Below are positions 49,942-61,411 of a DNA stretch of 64,000 nt, in pieces. Made by a program: the position numbers and the translations under genes. Source of the DNA: Octopus sinensis (lineage: Eukaryota); the NCBI RefSeq assembly GCF_006345805.1, contig NC_043012.1, positions 11,470,001-11,534,000 on the forward strand, given 5' to 3'. The first letter of the stretch is position 1; each line of letters starts with the position of its first letter. Under the pieces are notes generated by a model. It saw only the letters and a program-made list of their open reading frames with translations, was not told where the DNA came from and searched no databases.

Positions 49942-51221
49942 CTTCTGCTATTTTTGCTGCTCATAAGAAGGAGAGATAAACCAACCCTATTGAATTAATA
50001 CATAGCAATTAACTTACTGGTTCAAACTTTGTCTCAAGGATGAAGAAGACTTTTATAGGACTTCATTTTGCTGTGAGGATAAATACATACGAATATGACT
50101 ATATATATTTATTTAAAGATAAACCCTTATGAAAATGAACAATTCTTTTAAGAAATTTGAAAATTCAAATGGGTGAAGGACGCAAATCTGCGAATCAGCA
50201 AATTTTCTCTTCTTTTGTTGTTGTTTTGCATAGAAGACTTCTTAGTTGTTGCTACTGTTGTTGTTGTTGTTGTTGTTAAGCAACAAGACAGGTAAGGGTG
50301 ATTAAGTGGTGGTCTAGGGCTTAGGAGCGGGAGACCCCAGACGTCGGAAAAAAAAAACTTTGGTTATCTTGTTGTAGTCGGGAGCTCTTCGTTGATGCCT
50401 AATACAACTGGGAGGCGACCCTCAAAGTCGCTGGAAATGGAAATCTCCAGGTCCAAATTCTTGGACGGCTGCTGCTGCTGCTGCTGTACACAAAGGGATG
50501 GCTTTTGTTGGAACCCTGCCTTTTGGTGAAAGTTGTTCTTGCTGTTATTCCTTCAATCATAAAAGAGTAGTGGAACCTTTCCCTCTTTTTTTTATGTCAA
50601 GGTAACTGAAACAAATTCTTTGTGATGAACCAACCCCAAAATGTTAGAATTCCCCTCTCTTCACAACGCACGAACATATTTAGTTTTGCAAACTTTTTTA
50701 CACAATTAAGAGTTATGTACCTTGCTCAGTAACACAAGAATACAATGCAGTTTGAACCCTCAACGATGTGGTTGGTAGCTCAGCTCCTTAACTCTGCAGC
50801 TATTGTTCTTCTGTGGTGAGTAAAACTGGGAATTGTTTTGCTGGATCTCAGAAAACTACAAAATTTGTCAAGTTTAAAATCAAATCACTAACATCACATA
50901 TGGCTCTATGTGCAGCCACTGGTGTGTGTGGCCCAGTGTGACCACAGCCGTGTGCACTCAAGTGTCTTGTAAGTGAATCTGTTTGAGAAACACTGTAAAA
51001 AGCCTGATGTGTGTGTGTAGGTCTCAGTGGATGAGCGCGTGTGTGTGTGTGTGTATATATATACATATATGTGTGTGTATATATAAATATATATATATGC
51101 ATATATATATATATATATATAATTTACAAGAAATTATGTATAAATTTTACCTTAAAAGGCATTTTTGATATGCTGGCCATTGATAAAATTTTTTTTTGCG
51201 AAAAAGATTTTATCCTATATC

Positions 51222-51257
<36 letters not shown>

Positions 51258-51620
51258 CGTGCCGGTGGCACATAAAAGGCACCAACCAATTGTGGCCATT
51301 GCCAGCAGCCTCCTCTGGCCCCTGTGCTGGTGGCATGTAAAAAGCACCCACTATACTCACGGAGTGGTTGGCATTAGGAAGGGCATACAGCTGTAGAAAC
51401 ACTGCCAGATCAGACTGTAGTCTGGTACAGCCTCCTGGCTTCCCAAACCCTGGTCAAACTGTCCAACCTATGCTAGCATGGAAAACGGACATTTAACAAT
51501 GATAATGATGATGATGATATATTCATATATATATATATATATATATATACCGGAGTAAACACATAAATGTGAAACAAGTTGGAAAAAAGAGTACTCAAAT
51601 ACCAGTGGTAGAGTAATATG

Positions 51621-51778
51621 CTTTATTTAAAGCAGCAGAAAATTCAACAAAACCTGTTACTCTGAGTTTCGCGTTGCCGTTCATCGGACAGTTTTTGCTA
51701 GAAAAAACTGTCCGATGAACGGCAACGCGAAACTCAGAGTAACAGGTTTTGTTGAATTTTCTGCTGCTTTAAATAAAG
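51621..51778. repeat. Perfect 76-bp-arm palindrome in (TA)n, Penelope-like
   Basis: 51621-51696 is the exact reverse complement of 51703-51778. Confidence 0.95.
51704..51750 (+). ncRNA. Hammerhead-like motif (mirror copy on - strand at 51649-51695)
   Basis: AAAACUGU-CCGAUGA-ACG-GCAA-CGC-GAAA-CUC-A-GAGU-A-ACAGGUUUU; U4C and A10.1 deviate from consensus. Confidence 0.55.
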
Positions 51779-51950
51779 TATATATATATATTTATATTTA
51801 TATAGGGTTAACCACTAAAAATTTGCTTAATCTTTTTGTTCATTCCCTTACTTGTAATCAGTGCTAAAGGAGTGCATGATGTAGTTTTAGAGTAATTTTG
51901 ACTTCCATTTCTAGCATATATATTTATATAATTATATGTATATATATATA

Positions 51951-52565
51951 TTTTACTTGTTTCAGTCATTAGACTGTTGGCATGCTGGGACCTTGAAGTA
52001 CTTTAGCTGAATGAATAGACTCAAATACTTATTTTTTTAAAGTACTGGTACTTATTCTATCAGTATTTTTTGCTGAACCTCTAAGTTATGGGGATGTGAA
52101 CACATCACCATCTGTTGTCAAAGGATGGTGGAGACCAACACAAAGACACACACACACATATGCATATATATTTATATATATACTGGCACTTGTGCCCGTG
52201 CTAGTAGGGTGCCAAGAGCACCATCCGAGCGTGATTGTTGCCAGAGCAGCCAACTGGCATCCGTGTCAGTGGCACGTAAAAGGGCACCATTCGAGCGTGC
52301 TTGTTACCAAAGTCGCCTTACTGGCACCTGTGCTGGCGGCATGTGTAAAAGGATTCGAGCGAGGTCGTTGCCAGTACCGCCTGACTGGCACGTAAAAAGC
52401 ACCCACTACACTATCAGAGTGGTTGGCGTTAGGAAGGGCATCCAGCTGTAGAAATTCTGCCAAATCAAGATTGTAACCTGGTGCAACCATCTGATTCGCC
52501 AGCCTTCAGTCAAAATCGTCCAACCCATGCTAGCATGGAAAGCGGACGTTAAACAATGATGATGA

Positions 52566-52609
<44 letters not shown>

Positions 52610-53860
52610 ACGGGTTTAATTAGTGCAGTGTTTCTGACCCACATAGGAATAATGGCACCATCATGTCTGGTGAAAATGTGACGGGTTCTTTGTCTAATGG
52701 AGGACTGATGGGTTTTGGAATGACCTGTGACCTCGTGTGGTTGATAAGAGGGTCAGTGAGAAGTGAAAGAAAAGGGACAGATTAAGGGCTGAGAGCAAAT
52801 AGAGATAGAGTATAAGCAGTAAGGGACGGATGGAGAGGCTAGGAGTCTGGCAGGCGATAGAGATAGGCAGTAAGGAATGAGATAGCAAATAGAAAGGCTA
52901 TAAGAGGGAGATGAGGGAGTGGAAGCGAGGACAGAGAGGAAGTGAGGTCTTGGCAGTCGTTGAGCGGTCGTCGAGGAACACAGACGGATCTTGGAGTCGC
53001 TGGCCGGTCCTCGAAGAAGACAGTCGGATCCTGGAAGTCAGAGCGAGTAGATGGAATCTTAGAAGTGTTGGAATCTTAGCGAGCAAGCTGGGATGCGAGA
53101 AAGCTTGGCGGCACAGAAGGGATATGTACAGAGGATTTAGCAGTATTGAGAGGAATGGGACACTGGCGATTCAATTAGGAATTAAGGTATGTGTTTGTGC
53201 ATTGATACGTGTCACGATGTATTGAACAGTGGAAAGAACAGTCAAGGACTTGTCGATATGTCGATTATCGAGTTGTGGTATTTATGTTCAGAATTGAGTA
53301 AAGGACTTGTTGATGTGACTTTATCTGTGATGTTTAGAAAGAGACTTTAAAGAACTTTTGTCTTCGGACGTGAACTTTGAACTGTACTCTTGAATTGCTG
53401 TTGTATTATGCTTTGATCTGTTGTATGATGTATTGAGTAGTCACGTGCATGTCTTCCTTTAAATGTCTGCCTTAAATGTATTTGATGTGTAGCAATTGAT
53501 TGTCATATAAACTGTTGTTTTAATATAAGCCAGTGTCTCTGTTGCCTTGCCTCTCTTTGGGTTGTATCTCGGGTTGTGCCTCTGTATCTCTGTGCTGCTG
53601 AGGTTGTTGTTGTTGCAGTATCTCTCCTCTCTCTCCTCCTCTTTGGGTTCCGTGGCGAACTAGTGGGCCATTCGGGCGAGCGACAACGGGGGATTCCGTA
53701 ACAACATATATACGAAAGGCTTCTTTCAGTTTCTGTCTTCTAGATCCACTCAAATCTCAATGCTTTAATAGAAGACACTTGCTCAAGTTGCCATGCAGTA
53801 GGACTGAACCTGGGATGATGTGGTTTAGAAACAAACGTCTTACTGCACAGCCATACCTGC
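51951..53860 (-). mobile_element. SINE family A split by a family C SINE and a solo LTR
   Basis: Tail 51951-52170 and head 53710-53860 separated by nested inserts within its (TA)n. Confidence 0.72.
52606..53703 (+). mobile_element. Solo LTR (1098 bp), Ty3/gypsy- or BEL-like
   Basis: TGTTACGG...CCGTAACA termini, TATA-like ctataag near 52898, no ORF; 4-bp flanks atat/acat. Confidence 0.7.
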
Positions 53861-53919
53861 ATCTCCGTGTGTGTATGTGTCTGTTTGTCTGCATGTATCC
53901 ATATTTTCTTTATTTCCAG

Positions 53920-54129
53920 ATCACTGCCCAGCTAAGGACTGACCAACACGCTGGTTTAGGGATGGACTGCCAGGCATCAATCAGCACTTCACAGAAATAC
54001 AAAAACTGGATGAATGCAAGAATCCGTTTTGAAAGGATCGAGAAAGGGAAAAAGGGGGACAAACTGGACACAAAACTCTCCAAGTCCCATAAAATGTGGG
54101 TCCAGGGAAAAACATTAGAACCATCTTGA
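53920..54129 (+). CDS. AGGF1: AGGF1 terminal exon (G-patch end and C-terminus)
   Basis: ttccag acceptor; ITAQLRTDQHAGLG...KNWMNARIRF...MWVQGKTLE; TGA at 54127-54129. Confidence 0.93.
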   Translation: MTAQLRTDQHAGLGMDCQASISTSQKYKNWMNARIRFERIEKGKKGDKLDTKLSKSHKMWVQGKTLEPS

Positions 54130-54188
54130 ATAAAGTTTTTAAAAAAATTTAAATTTCATAGCAAAAAACAAAACAAAAAAGAAATAAA
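54129..54188 (+). terminator. AATAAA polyadenylation signals for AGGF1
   Basis: AATAAA at 54129-54134 overlapping the stop codon and at 54183-54188. Confidence 0.5.
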
Positions 54189-54574
54189 AGACTTTTTTTA
54201 TATCTATTTTGGTTGATTGTTCTTGAAATATAGCGATCTATTCAAAACTCAAGGATACACACCATTTTTATATATATATATAGTCAATTCAAGGTTGTTT
54301 ATGGAAGACCAGCAGTCGCCCATGCATACCAGCCTCCCCACTCCATGCCATTGATGTTATCCAAGGGAAAGGCAAAGGGGCTGATTCAGCTTGGCACCAG
54401 TGATGTCGCAACTCATTTCTACAGCTGAGTTAACTGAAGCAACGCAGCTCGGTCCAGCATTTGAGCCCACAACCTCACGATTGTAAGCTCGACGCTCTAA
54501 CCACTGAGTCATATATATATATGGAGTGAAAGAGAAAGAAAAAGAGAATAAATTTAAATTAATCGACTTCTTTA

Positions 54575-54770
54575 AGCTGCACTTAAGCTACTAAATACTC
54601 TTCCCTTGGGTGAAACCCTCGTGGCATCAAACACCGCTAGGGACCTTGGAGTATTTGTCATCAGCAACTTAAGCAGGAATGCCAACATAAACAACAAAGC
54701 AGATGTGGTCCGCAAGGCGTGCTCCGGGATCCTCAGGACTTTTCGGCCCCTTAAGACGTTCCTACCACTA
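54575..54770 (+). mobile_element. CR1/L2-like LINE fragment (post-RT)
   Basis: ARDLGVFVISNLSRNANINNKADVVRKACSGILRTF resembles the RDLGVxxxxxLxxxxHIxxxxxKA motif. Confidence 0.65.
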
Positions 54771-55689
54771 TCCTTCTCTTCTCCATTTTCGTCCGTCCTC
54801 TCCTTGAATACTGTTGTCCGCTGTGGTCTTTCTACATGAAAAATAATATAAAAATACAAAAACGAAACACACACCACACATTCGAGAAGAAACTGAATGA
54901 CCTGTGCTTTTTGAAAGACATCCCTTACAATACTTATTCAATATAGAGCTATAGATACTCCCTTGTAATTCTGCTTTTGAGAAGCACTGAACTAGTGACT
55001 AACTCGTTTTATACATGTATGTGTATATGTACATGGATGTGTATGTAAGGATATATATCGATATGTATGTGTGTGTGTGTGTGTAAGTATGTATGTATGT
55101 ACATAAATTTCACAGGCCAATGCAAATATCTATTGCCTTGCAATATGAGAAGCGTTCGAAATAATTATACTGCATTGTCCGTCACGCTGATTAAAAGGGG
55201 ATGCGTTCGGATCTCACCGAGAGGGTTCCTTTGAAAAATAAATTGCAGCCTTCACCCAATGTTGGTGCAACCAGTAATAAGCTTGCAATTTGTTCTGGGA
55301 GATGTAGAGTGGGAGCACAAAGGGTGCATGTCCTGGGGCACCGAAGCAAGTCCAGAGGAGACCGCTTTGATTCTATGCGGGACGCTCATGTAAAGAGAAG
55401 GGCAGAGCTTCAATTGGTCAGCGCCCAGTTGTCTGCAATGTGCAGGAATAACTCACAAAAATTCTGAGTCCAGTGCAATTTACAGGATAAAGTGGAAGCT
55501 GTGGCGAATGATAGGATATAAAAAAAAAAGTTATGCAGACACTATTGTATTCAAATTTAGAGACCTTCCTGAATAAAAACGGTGTTAAGATTGTTTTGTT
55601 CGGGAGTTTCTTTTTCGGTTCTATAATGTTGTGGACGAAATCAGCTCGGTACGGTGTCAGATAGTAAGAAAATTCTTGGTTTAAGCCAT

Positions 55690-57365
55690 CTGAGCAAAGA
55701 ATGGAGCTTATGAAGTTTGGCTTGGAAACAAGTCACCGCCTTTGTATATGCGGTACATTGAGGCACGAAAAGTCGCAGAAAAAATAGTAAAAACTTCTAA
55801 AGCGAATTCATTGGAGAACATTGGGATGAAGCCGGGCTCTGACTTTAAATCGGCTGGTAAAATATTAAGACAGACCATCCGATGACTTCGAAACAAATAA
55901 CTTTTTTCCACTGCTACCTCGACTGGAATTGAGCTTAGAATCTGAGAGTTAATAGCCTGCACTCTTATCCATTACGCTATATGCCCATTGGCAGTTATGG
56001 AGTGAATTTTAGTCCATTGTATTCTTGGAAATGGAAAGAATACATGTTACATCTGGGGGTGAATACTAACCTCGCAGAGGCTGAAGTCATAGAGAGTAAC
56101 AAGGCAACTGGAGAGGATGAAATTTGACCTGAGATGTCAAAAGCCTTAAATAAAGAAGGCATTCTTTGGTGTATACCATGAAAAGATATAAAGGCAATGA
56201 TAATTCTGATTTTTATGAAAAGTAGACAAGAGTGAGTGCTCTAATTATAGCATCTCAGGTAAAGTCTTTGATAAGATATAGGGAAATTACTGAGTCCGAG
56301 CTTACAGAATAACAGTGTGATTTCTGTCTTGGACGCAGCACAACCGACCAGATATCCACTCTATGGTAGTTCTTCAATAAATCTTGGAAATAATGTATAT
56401 GATTGCGTTCCACAGTATATTCTGTGGAAAGTTTTGCAGAAGTTTGGAATTAATGCGCAACTTTTGACTATTTTGAATACAATGTTTATATTCGGTTAAT
56501 TGATGCTAAGTCTAAAACTTGAGTAGGGGTACGTATAGTCAGCTCTTCTTTTCATAACTTTTATGAACTGGATTGACATGCACAATCGTTGTGAAAGTGA
56601 TGTCTCAATCGATGGATATAGCATTGGTTGGCAGATATTTGCAGTCGATATGGTGCTAGTTGGCTCATCAGAAAGTAATCTTCAGCATGCAACCAATGGG
56701 TTCATTGCCGAGTGCTGCAATGCAGGGACAAGAATAAGTTTAACGAAGACTGAGACATTGGTTCGCTTAAGAAAATTTTCCCAGTGCGCTGAGGAAAGTA
56801 GAGAAGGTGAAGCATTGGACGTATTCACAAATGATAGAAAACTGAAGGCTGAATTGGATGCTGGAACTGCAGAAGTTGGCATAGTAACGCACCAGTTTCA
56901 GCATTCGATCCTTACAAGATGAGAAGCTGATAAAAAACGCCAAATATGTTATCTTCAGTTCGGTTTTCGTGTCTATCTTCGCCTATGGTCATAAATAATT
57001 GGTAATGACCAAAAGAGTACGATCGCGAACAGAAGAGACTGGAAAGGGGTTCCTCTGAAGTGTCTCCGGAGTAACATTACTCCGGTGCGTAGTTCTGAGA
57101 TCAGAGAGTCTCTCCAGGTAGAACCGCTACTTGAGGTATGTGATTAGGGTACGCGGGAAAAGATCGCAAGACAGATTCTTCAAGACATGCCAATCAGCAG
57201 GGGATCCAGGAGCAAATCATGAACGAGATGGCTAGAATATATCCACAGTCTCAGTTGGTGATGCTTGGGGATCCAGAAGGAAAGCATAATTGCTTCTGAT
57301 AGGTCTTATGGAAGAGGTGTCTGAAGATTTTATCCCTGCGATATTTCCAGAATTCGTGGGCGGAG
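55690..57365 (+). pseudogene. Decayed RTE-clade LINE (linker and RT), with a tRNA-like head inserted at 55921-55986 (-)
   Basis: YIEARKVAEKIVKTSK linker; QCDFCLGRSTTDQISTL; LFITFMNWID; QIFAVDMVLV (degenerate FADD); many stops and frameshifts. Confidence 0.78.
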
Positions 57366-57600
57366 AATATTAATGGACATGTATGTGTAAGCGCGCACGC
57401 GTGTGTGAGTGTGTGGGTGTATAAGTGTGTGTAAGAATGTAACTGTGTACTCGTGTCTGTGTGTGTCCTACACTACGACAAACACGATGAATAAAAACAA
57501 CACCGTAAACAAATTAACGATGATATCTCTTTGTGGTGCTTTGGTCTACTCGAAACTATCTCTAAAATACTGTTTTTTTGGGGGTAATCTTGACCTTAAC

Positions 57601-57849
57601 CTGGATTATTGCTGCCGTTTGCTGCGTAATTGAAATCTGTCAGTTGATCAACAAATTCTATGACAGAGGTGTGATACTCCCCTAAGGAAAGGAAACAAAA
57701 CAAAACAAAATAGAAAGTAAGAGAGAGAGAGAGAGAGAGAGAGAGATGGTGATAGATGATGTGAGGGAGAGATAGGGAGTGGGTAAGAAAGCTAGATAAG
57801 ACGGGGGGAAGATGTTGAATTACATACAGGTGATGGAATTCGTAAACAT
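57601..57849 (-). CDS. Candidate start of an unannotated gene: exon 57849-57828 plus exon 57681-57601
   Basis: accATG context, gtatgt donor, 146-nt intron with long pyrimidine tract and ttag acceptor, 81-nt exon open only in the matching phase; peptide MFTNSITWEYHTSVIEFVDQLTDFNYAANGSNNP; no recognisable homology. Confidence 0.35.
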
Positions 57850-57898
57850 GGTCTTGAATTTCGAGTGTAGAGTACAAAACAACAAGCACATCCGCACG

Positions 57899-57942
<44 letters not shown>

Positions 57943-58077
57943 TACTCCCGCAGTAACAATACTCTCCAATACACTTATGTATAAAAGTGCACAAATAAAG
58001 AGCCCCTCCTAAATTTCCACCCACCACCAAAACCAGCGGCAGTAGCAACAACAACAGCATCAGTAATTCGTACTCAC

Positions 58078-58104
58078 ACGTCAATAAAAGGAGTATTGAC
58101 GTCA
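58078..58104. promoter_or_regulatory. CRE palindrome TGACGTCA plus a half-site
   Basis: TGACGTCA at 58097-58104 and ACGTCA at 58078-58083 in a CpG-retaining, repeat-poor stretch. Confidence 0.3.
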
Positions 58105-58518
58105 TCATCCGATCTGTCAGAAAACAATAAGCTATATCACTCCCAATTTATTATTCCCAATTTTCTTGAAAAACAAAACAAACAAACAAACATAAAAATG
58201 AAAAAAAAAAGGCTCATTAGATAATGTAGTCCCAAGATACCCTTAAAAAAGGACGGCATAGTCACGGCTGAAATGTCGTTGATCAAAAAAGGTCTGCTTG
58301 ATTAGGTTCGATCTGGGTCTATGCAACAACAAGAACAACAACAACGACAACAACTACTACTACTACTACTGCTATATTTGTTGTGTTACTTATCAAGTGA
58401 AAGGTAATTTTTTTTCTTTTTTAAATGATGTCACGAGGAATGTTTGGGTTGTTTGTAAACACGTGGATCTGAAGAGATTGAGTGACCACCGAGCAAACTA
58501 CAGGTCTGAAAATTGATA

Positions 58519-59385
58519 CAAACATACATACATACATACATACATACATACATTCATACATACATACATACATACATAATACATACATACATACATACAT
58601 ACATACATAATACAAACATGTATACATACATATACATACATACATACTACATACATACATACTACATACATACATACATACATACATACATACATACATA
58701 CATACATACAAACATGTATACATACATACATTCATACATACATACATACATACATACATACATACATACATACATACAAACATGTATACATACATACATA
58801 CATACATTCATACATACATACATACATACATACATACATTCATACATACATACATACATACATTCATACACACATACATACATACATGCATACATACACA
58901 CACACATACATACATACATACATACATTCATACACACATACATACATTCATACATACATACATACATACATACATACATGCATGCATGCATGTATGCATA
59001 CATACATACATACATACATACATACATACATTCATACAAATACATACATACATACATACATACATACACACATACATACATACATACATACTACATACAT
59101 ACATACATACATACAACATACATACATACATGCATACATACACACACACATACATACATACATACATCATTACATCATACACACATACATACATTCATAC
59201 ACATACATACATACATACATACATGCATGCATGCATGTATGCATACATACATACATACATACATACATACATACATTCATACACACATACATACATACAT
59301 ACATACATACATACACACATACATACATACATACATACATACATACATACATACATACTACATACATACATACATGTATGTGTGT
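58519..59385. repeat. (CATA)n microsatellite, about 870 bp
   Basis: Direct reading. Confidence 0.97.
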
Positions 59386-59463
59386 GTGTAATATATGAGA
59401 GAAAGAGAAAATAGAATTAAATGGCATACTACCAGGTTATACCCAAATTTAAAATTTTATATA

Positions 59464-59694
59464 TTCTTTTACTTGGTTCAGTCATTTGACTGCGGCCATG
59501 CTGGGGGCACCGTCTTTAGTCGAACAAATCGACCCCAGGACTTATTCTTTGTAAGCCTAGTACTTATTTTATGGCTGTCTTTTGTCGAACTGCTAAGTCA
59601 CGGGGACTAAACACACCAGCACTGGTTGTCAAGTGATGGTGGTGGAGTTGGTGGTGGGTGGGACAAATACAGACACACACAAATATACACACTG

Positions 59695-59764
<70 letters not shown>

Positions 59765-60285
59765 AAGAGGGTCTCCCCCTCCTCATATATATATATATAT
59801 ATGCATACGTGGGCACAGGACGTCACGAAATGTGTACAACAAAAAATACGAAGCACAAGTACATGGAATATGAACTATTCTTTTGAACAACGAAAGACAC
59901 AAATGGAAAACAAAACAAATAACATAAAGAACGACCCTTCATTAGTTGTTGGCTGTTTTCCTGGCCTCGTATTTCGAGGATTTAACAACAATATACGCTT
60001 TCGATAAAACAATTGCCCCCGCAAAGCAAATTCAATATAATTAGGGATTTTGCGGAGGGACAAAATTAGTAACACAAACAGGGCAGTGAAAGCAAACAAG
60101 AGGGCTGCTAAGCTTAAACAAGGTTGTGGTGGAGAACGCGTAAATCAAGGCTAGGAAGGAGACAAACAAGAACATGTCTTCTTTGTTCCAGCTACAATGG
60201 AGAGAAAGAAAGAAAAATGGCCGATGGTCACGTAAGAAACACGTGAGCAAGGGAGGAGGATTGAGGGAGAGAGAGTGAGAGAAAA

Positions 60286-60325
<40 letters not shown>

Positions 60326-60494
60326 ATATATATATATATAATACAACGGACTTCTTTCAGTCTACCAAATCCACCCATAAGGCTTTGGTCGGCCTTAGGC
60401 TACAGTTGAAGACACTTGCCCAAGGTGCCACACAGTGACATTGAATCCGGAACCATGTGGTTGGAAAGCAAGCTTCCTACCACATAACCACGCC

Positions 60495-60500
<6 letters not shown>
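59464..60500 (-). mobile_element. SINE family A split by a Penelope-like fragment (about 59805-60285)
   Basis: Tail 59464-59690, (TA)n/(TG)n, insert, (TA)n, head 60345-60500. Confidence 0.72.
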
Positions 60501-60563
<63 letters not shown>

Positions 60564-60630
60564 GAGAGAGAGAGAGAAGAAGAAGAAGAAGAAGAAGAAG
60601 AAGAAGAAGAAGAAGAAGAAGAAGAAGAAG

Positions 60631-60660
<30 letters not shown>
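60500..60660. repeat. (TA)n(GA)n(GAA)n compound microsatellite; mirrored at 60910-60985
   Basis: Direct reading. Confidence 0.95.
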
Positions 60661-60661
<1 letters not shown>

Positions 60662-60705
60662 TACAAAAAGTTAGAAGAAAAAATAACAGGAGACATATAT
60701 ATACT

Positions 60706-60905
60706 CAGAGTTATCCCTCGACTATCGCGGGTGTTACGTTCAAAACCTACCTCAGAAATAATTAAAATCCAAAAATATATAAATACCCATCGGTCGCAGA
60801 AACCCGGATATATTGAGGAGTCCGCGATATACTGATTACGTGATAGGTGAACCGCGATGTTATGGGTGCACGATAGGTGAACCGCGATATGGCGAGGGAT
60901 TACTG
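60706..60905. mobile_element. Tigger/pogo-like MITE
   Basis: Imperfect TIRs atccctcg.ctatcgcgg / ccgcgatatggcgagggattactg, TA-rich flanks, two internal gataggtgaaccgcgat repeats. Confidence 0.6.
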
Positions 60906-60912
60906 TATATAT

Positions 60913-60953
<41 letters not shown>

Positions 60954-61411
60954 AGAAGAAGAAGAAGAAGAAGAAGAAGAAGAAGGTAGAAAACAAAGAA
61001 TAACATGGAAGCAAATGCTATATGTAGCTAAAGTGGGAAAGACAAGAAAAAGAGAAGAGCCTGTTTCAATTTTCTATGGAACCCAAAAGAATGTCTTTTT
61101 TTTAGTTACGGTTTTTTGTGTCTTTTTAGTATCTTCACCTTCCTATAAATAAATAAGTTTGCAGTCTCCTCAATGGGAGCTAAGAGAGATTAACAAGGGC
61201 GGTGGAATGACTGACAGAACCAATGGAGCGTCGGACAAAATACGTAACGGTATTTAGTTCTAGCCCTTTGCTTTCTGTGTTCAAACCCCTTTCATTCCTA
61301 TGGGATCGATAAAATAAAGTACCAGTCATATTATAGCGGTATCACTGGTGTCGACTTATCTCCTCCTCTCAAAATTACTGGCCTTAGGACTTGATTAGGG
61401 AAGAATTTACT

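Noticed and set aside
58513-59414. Long ORFs (up to 292 aa) of HTYI/MYVC repeats
   Set aside because: Translations of a (CATA)n microsatellite, which lacks stops in several frames; the same applies to 24085-24732 and 46521-46905
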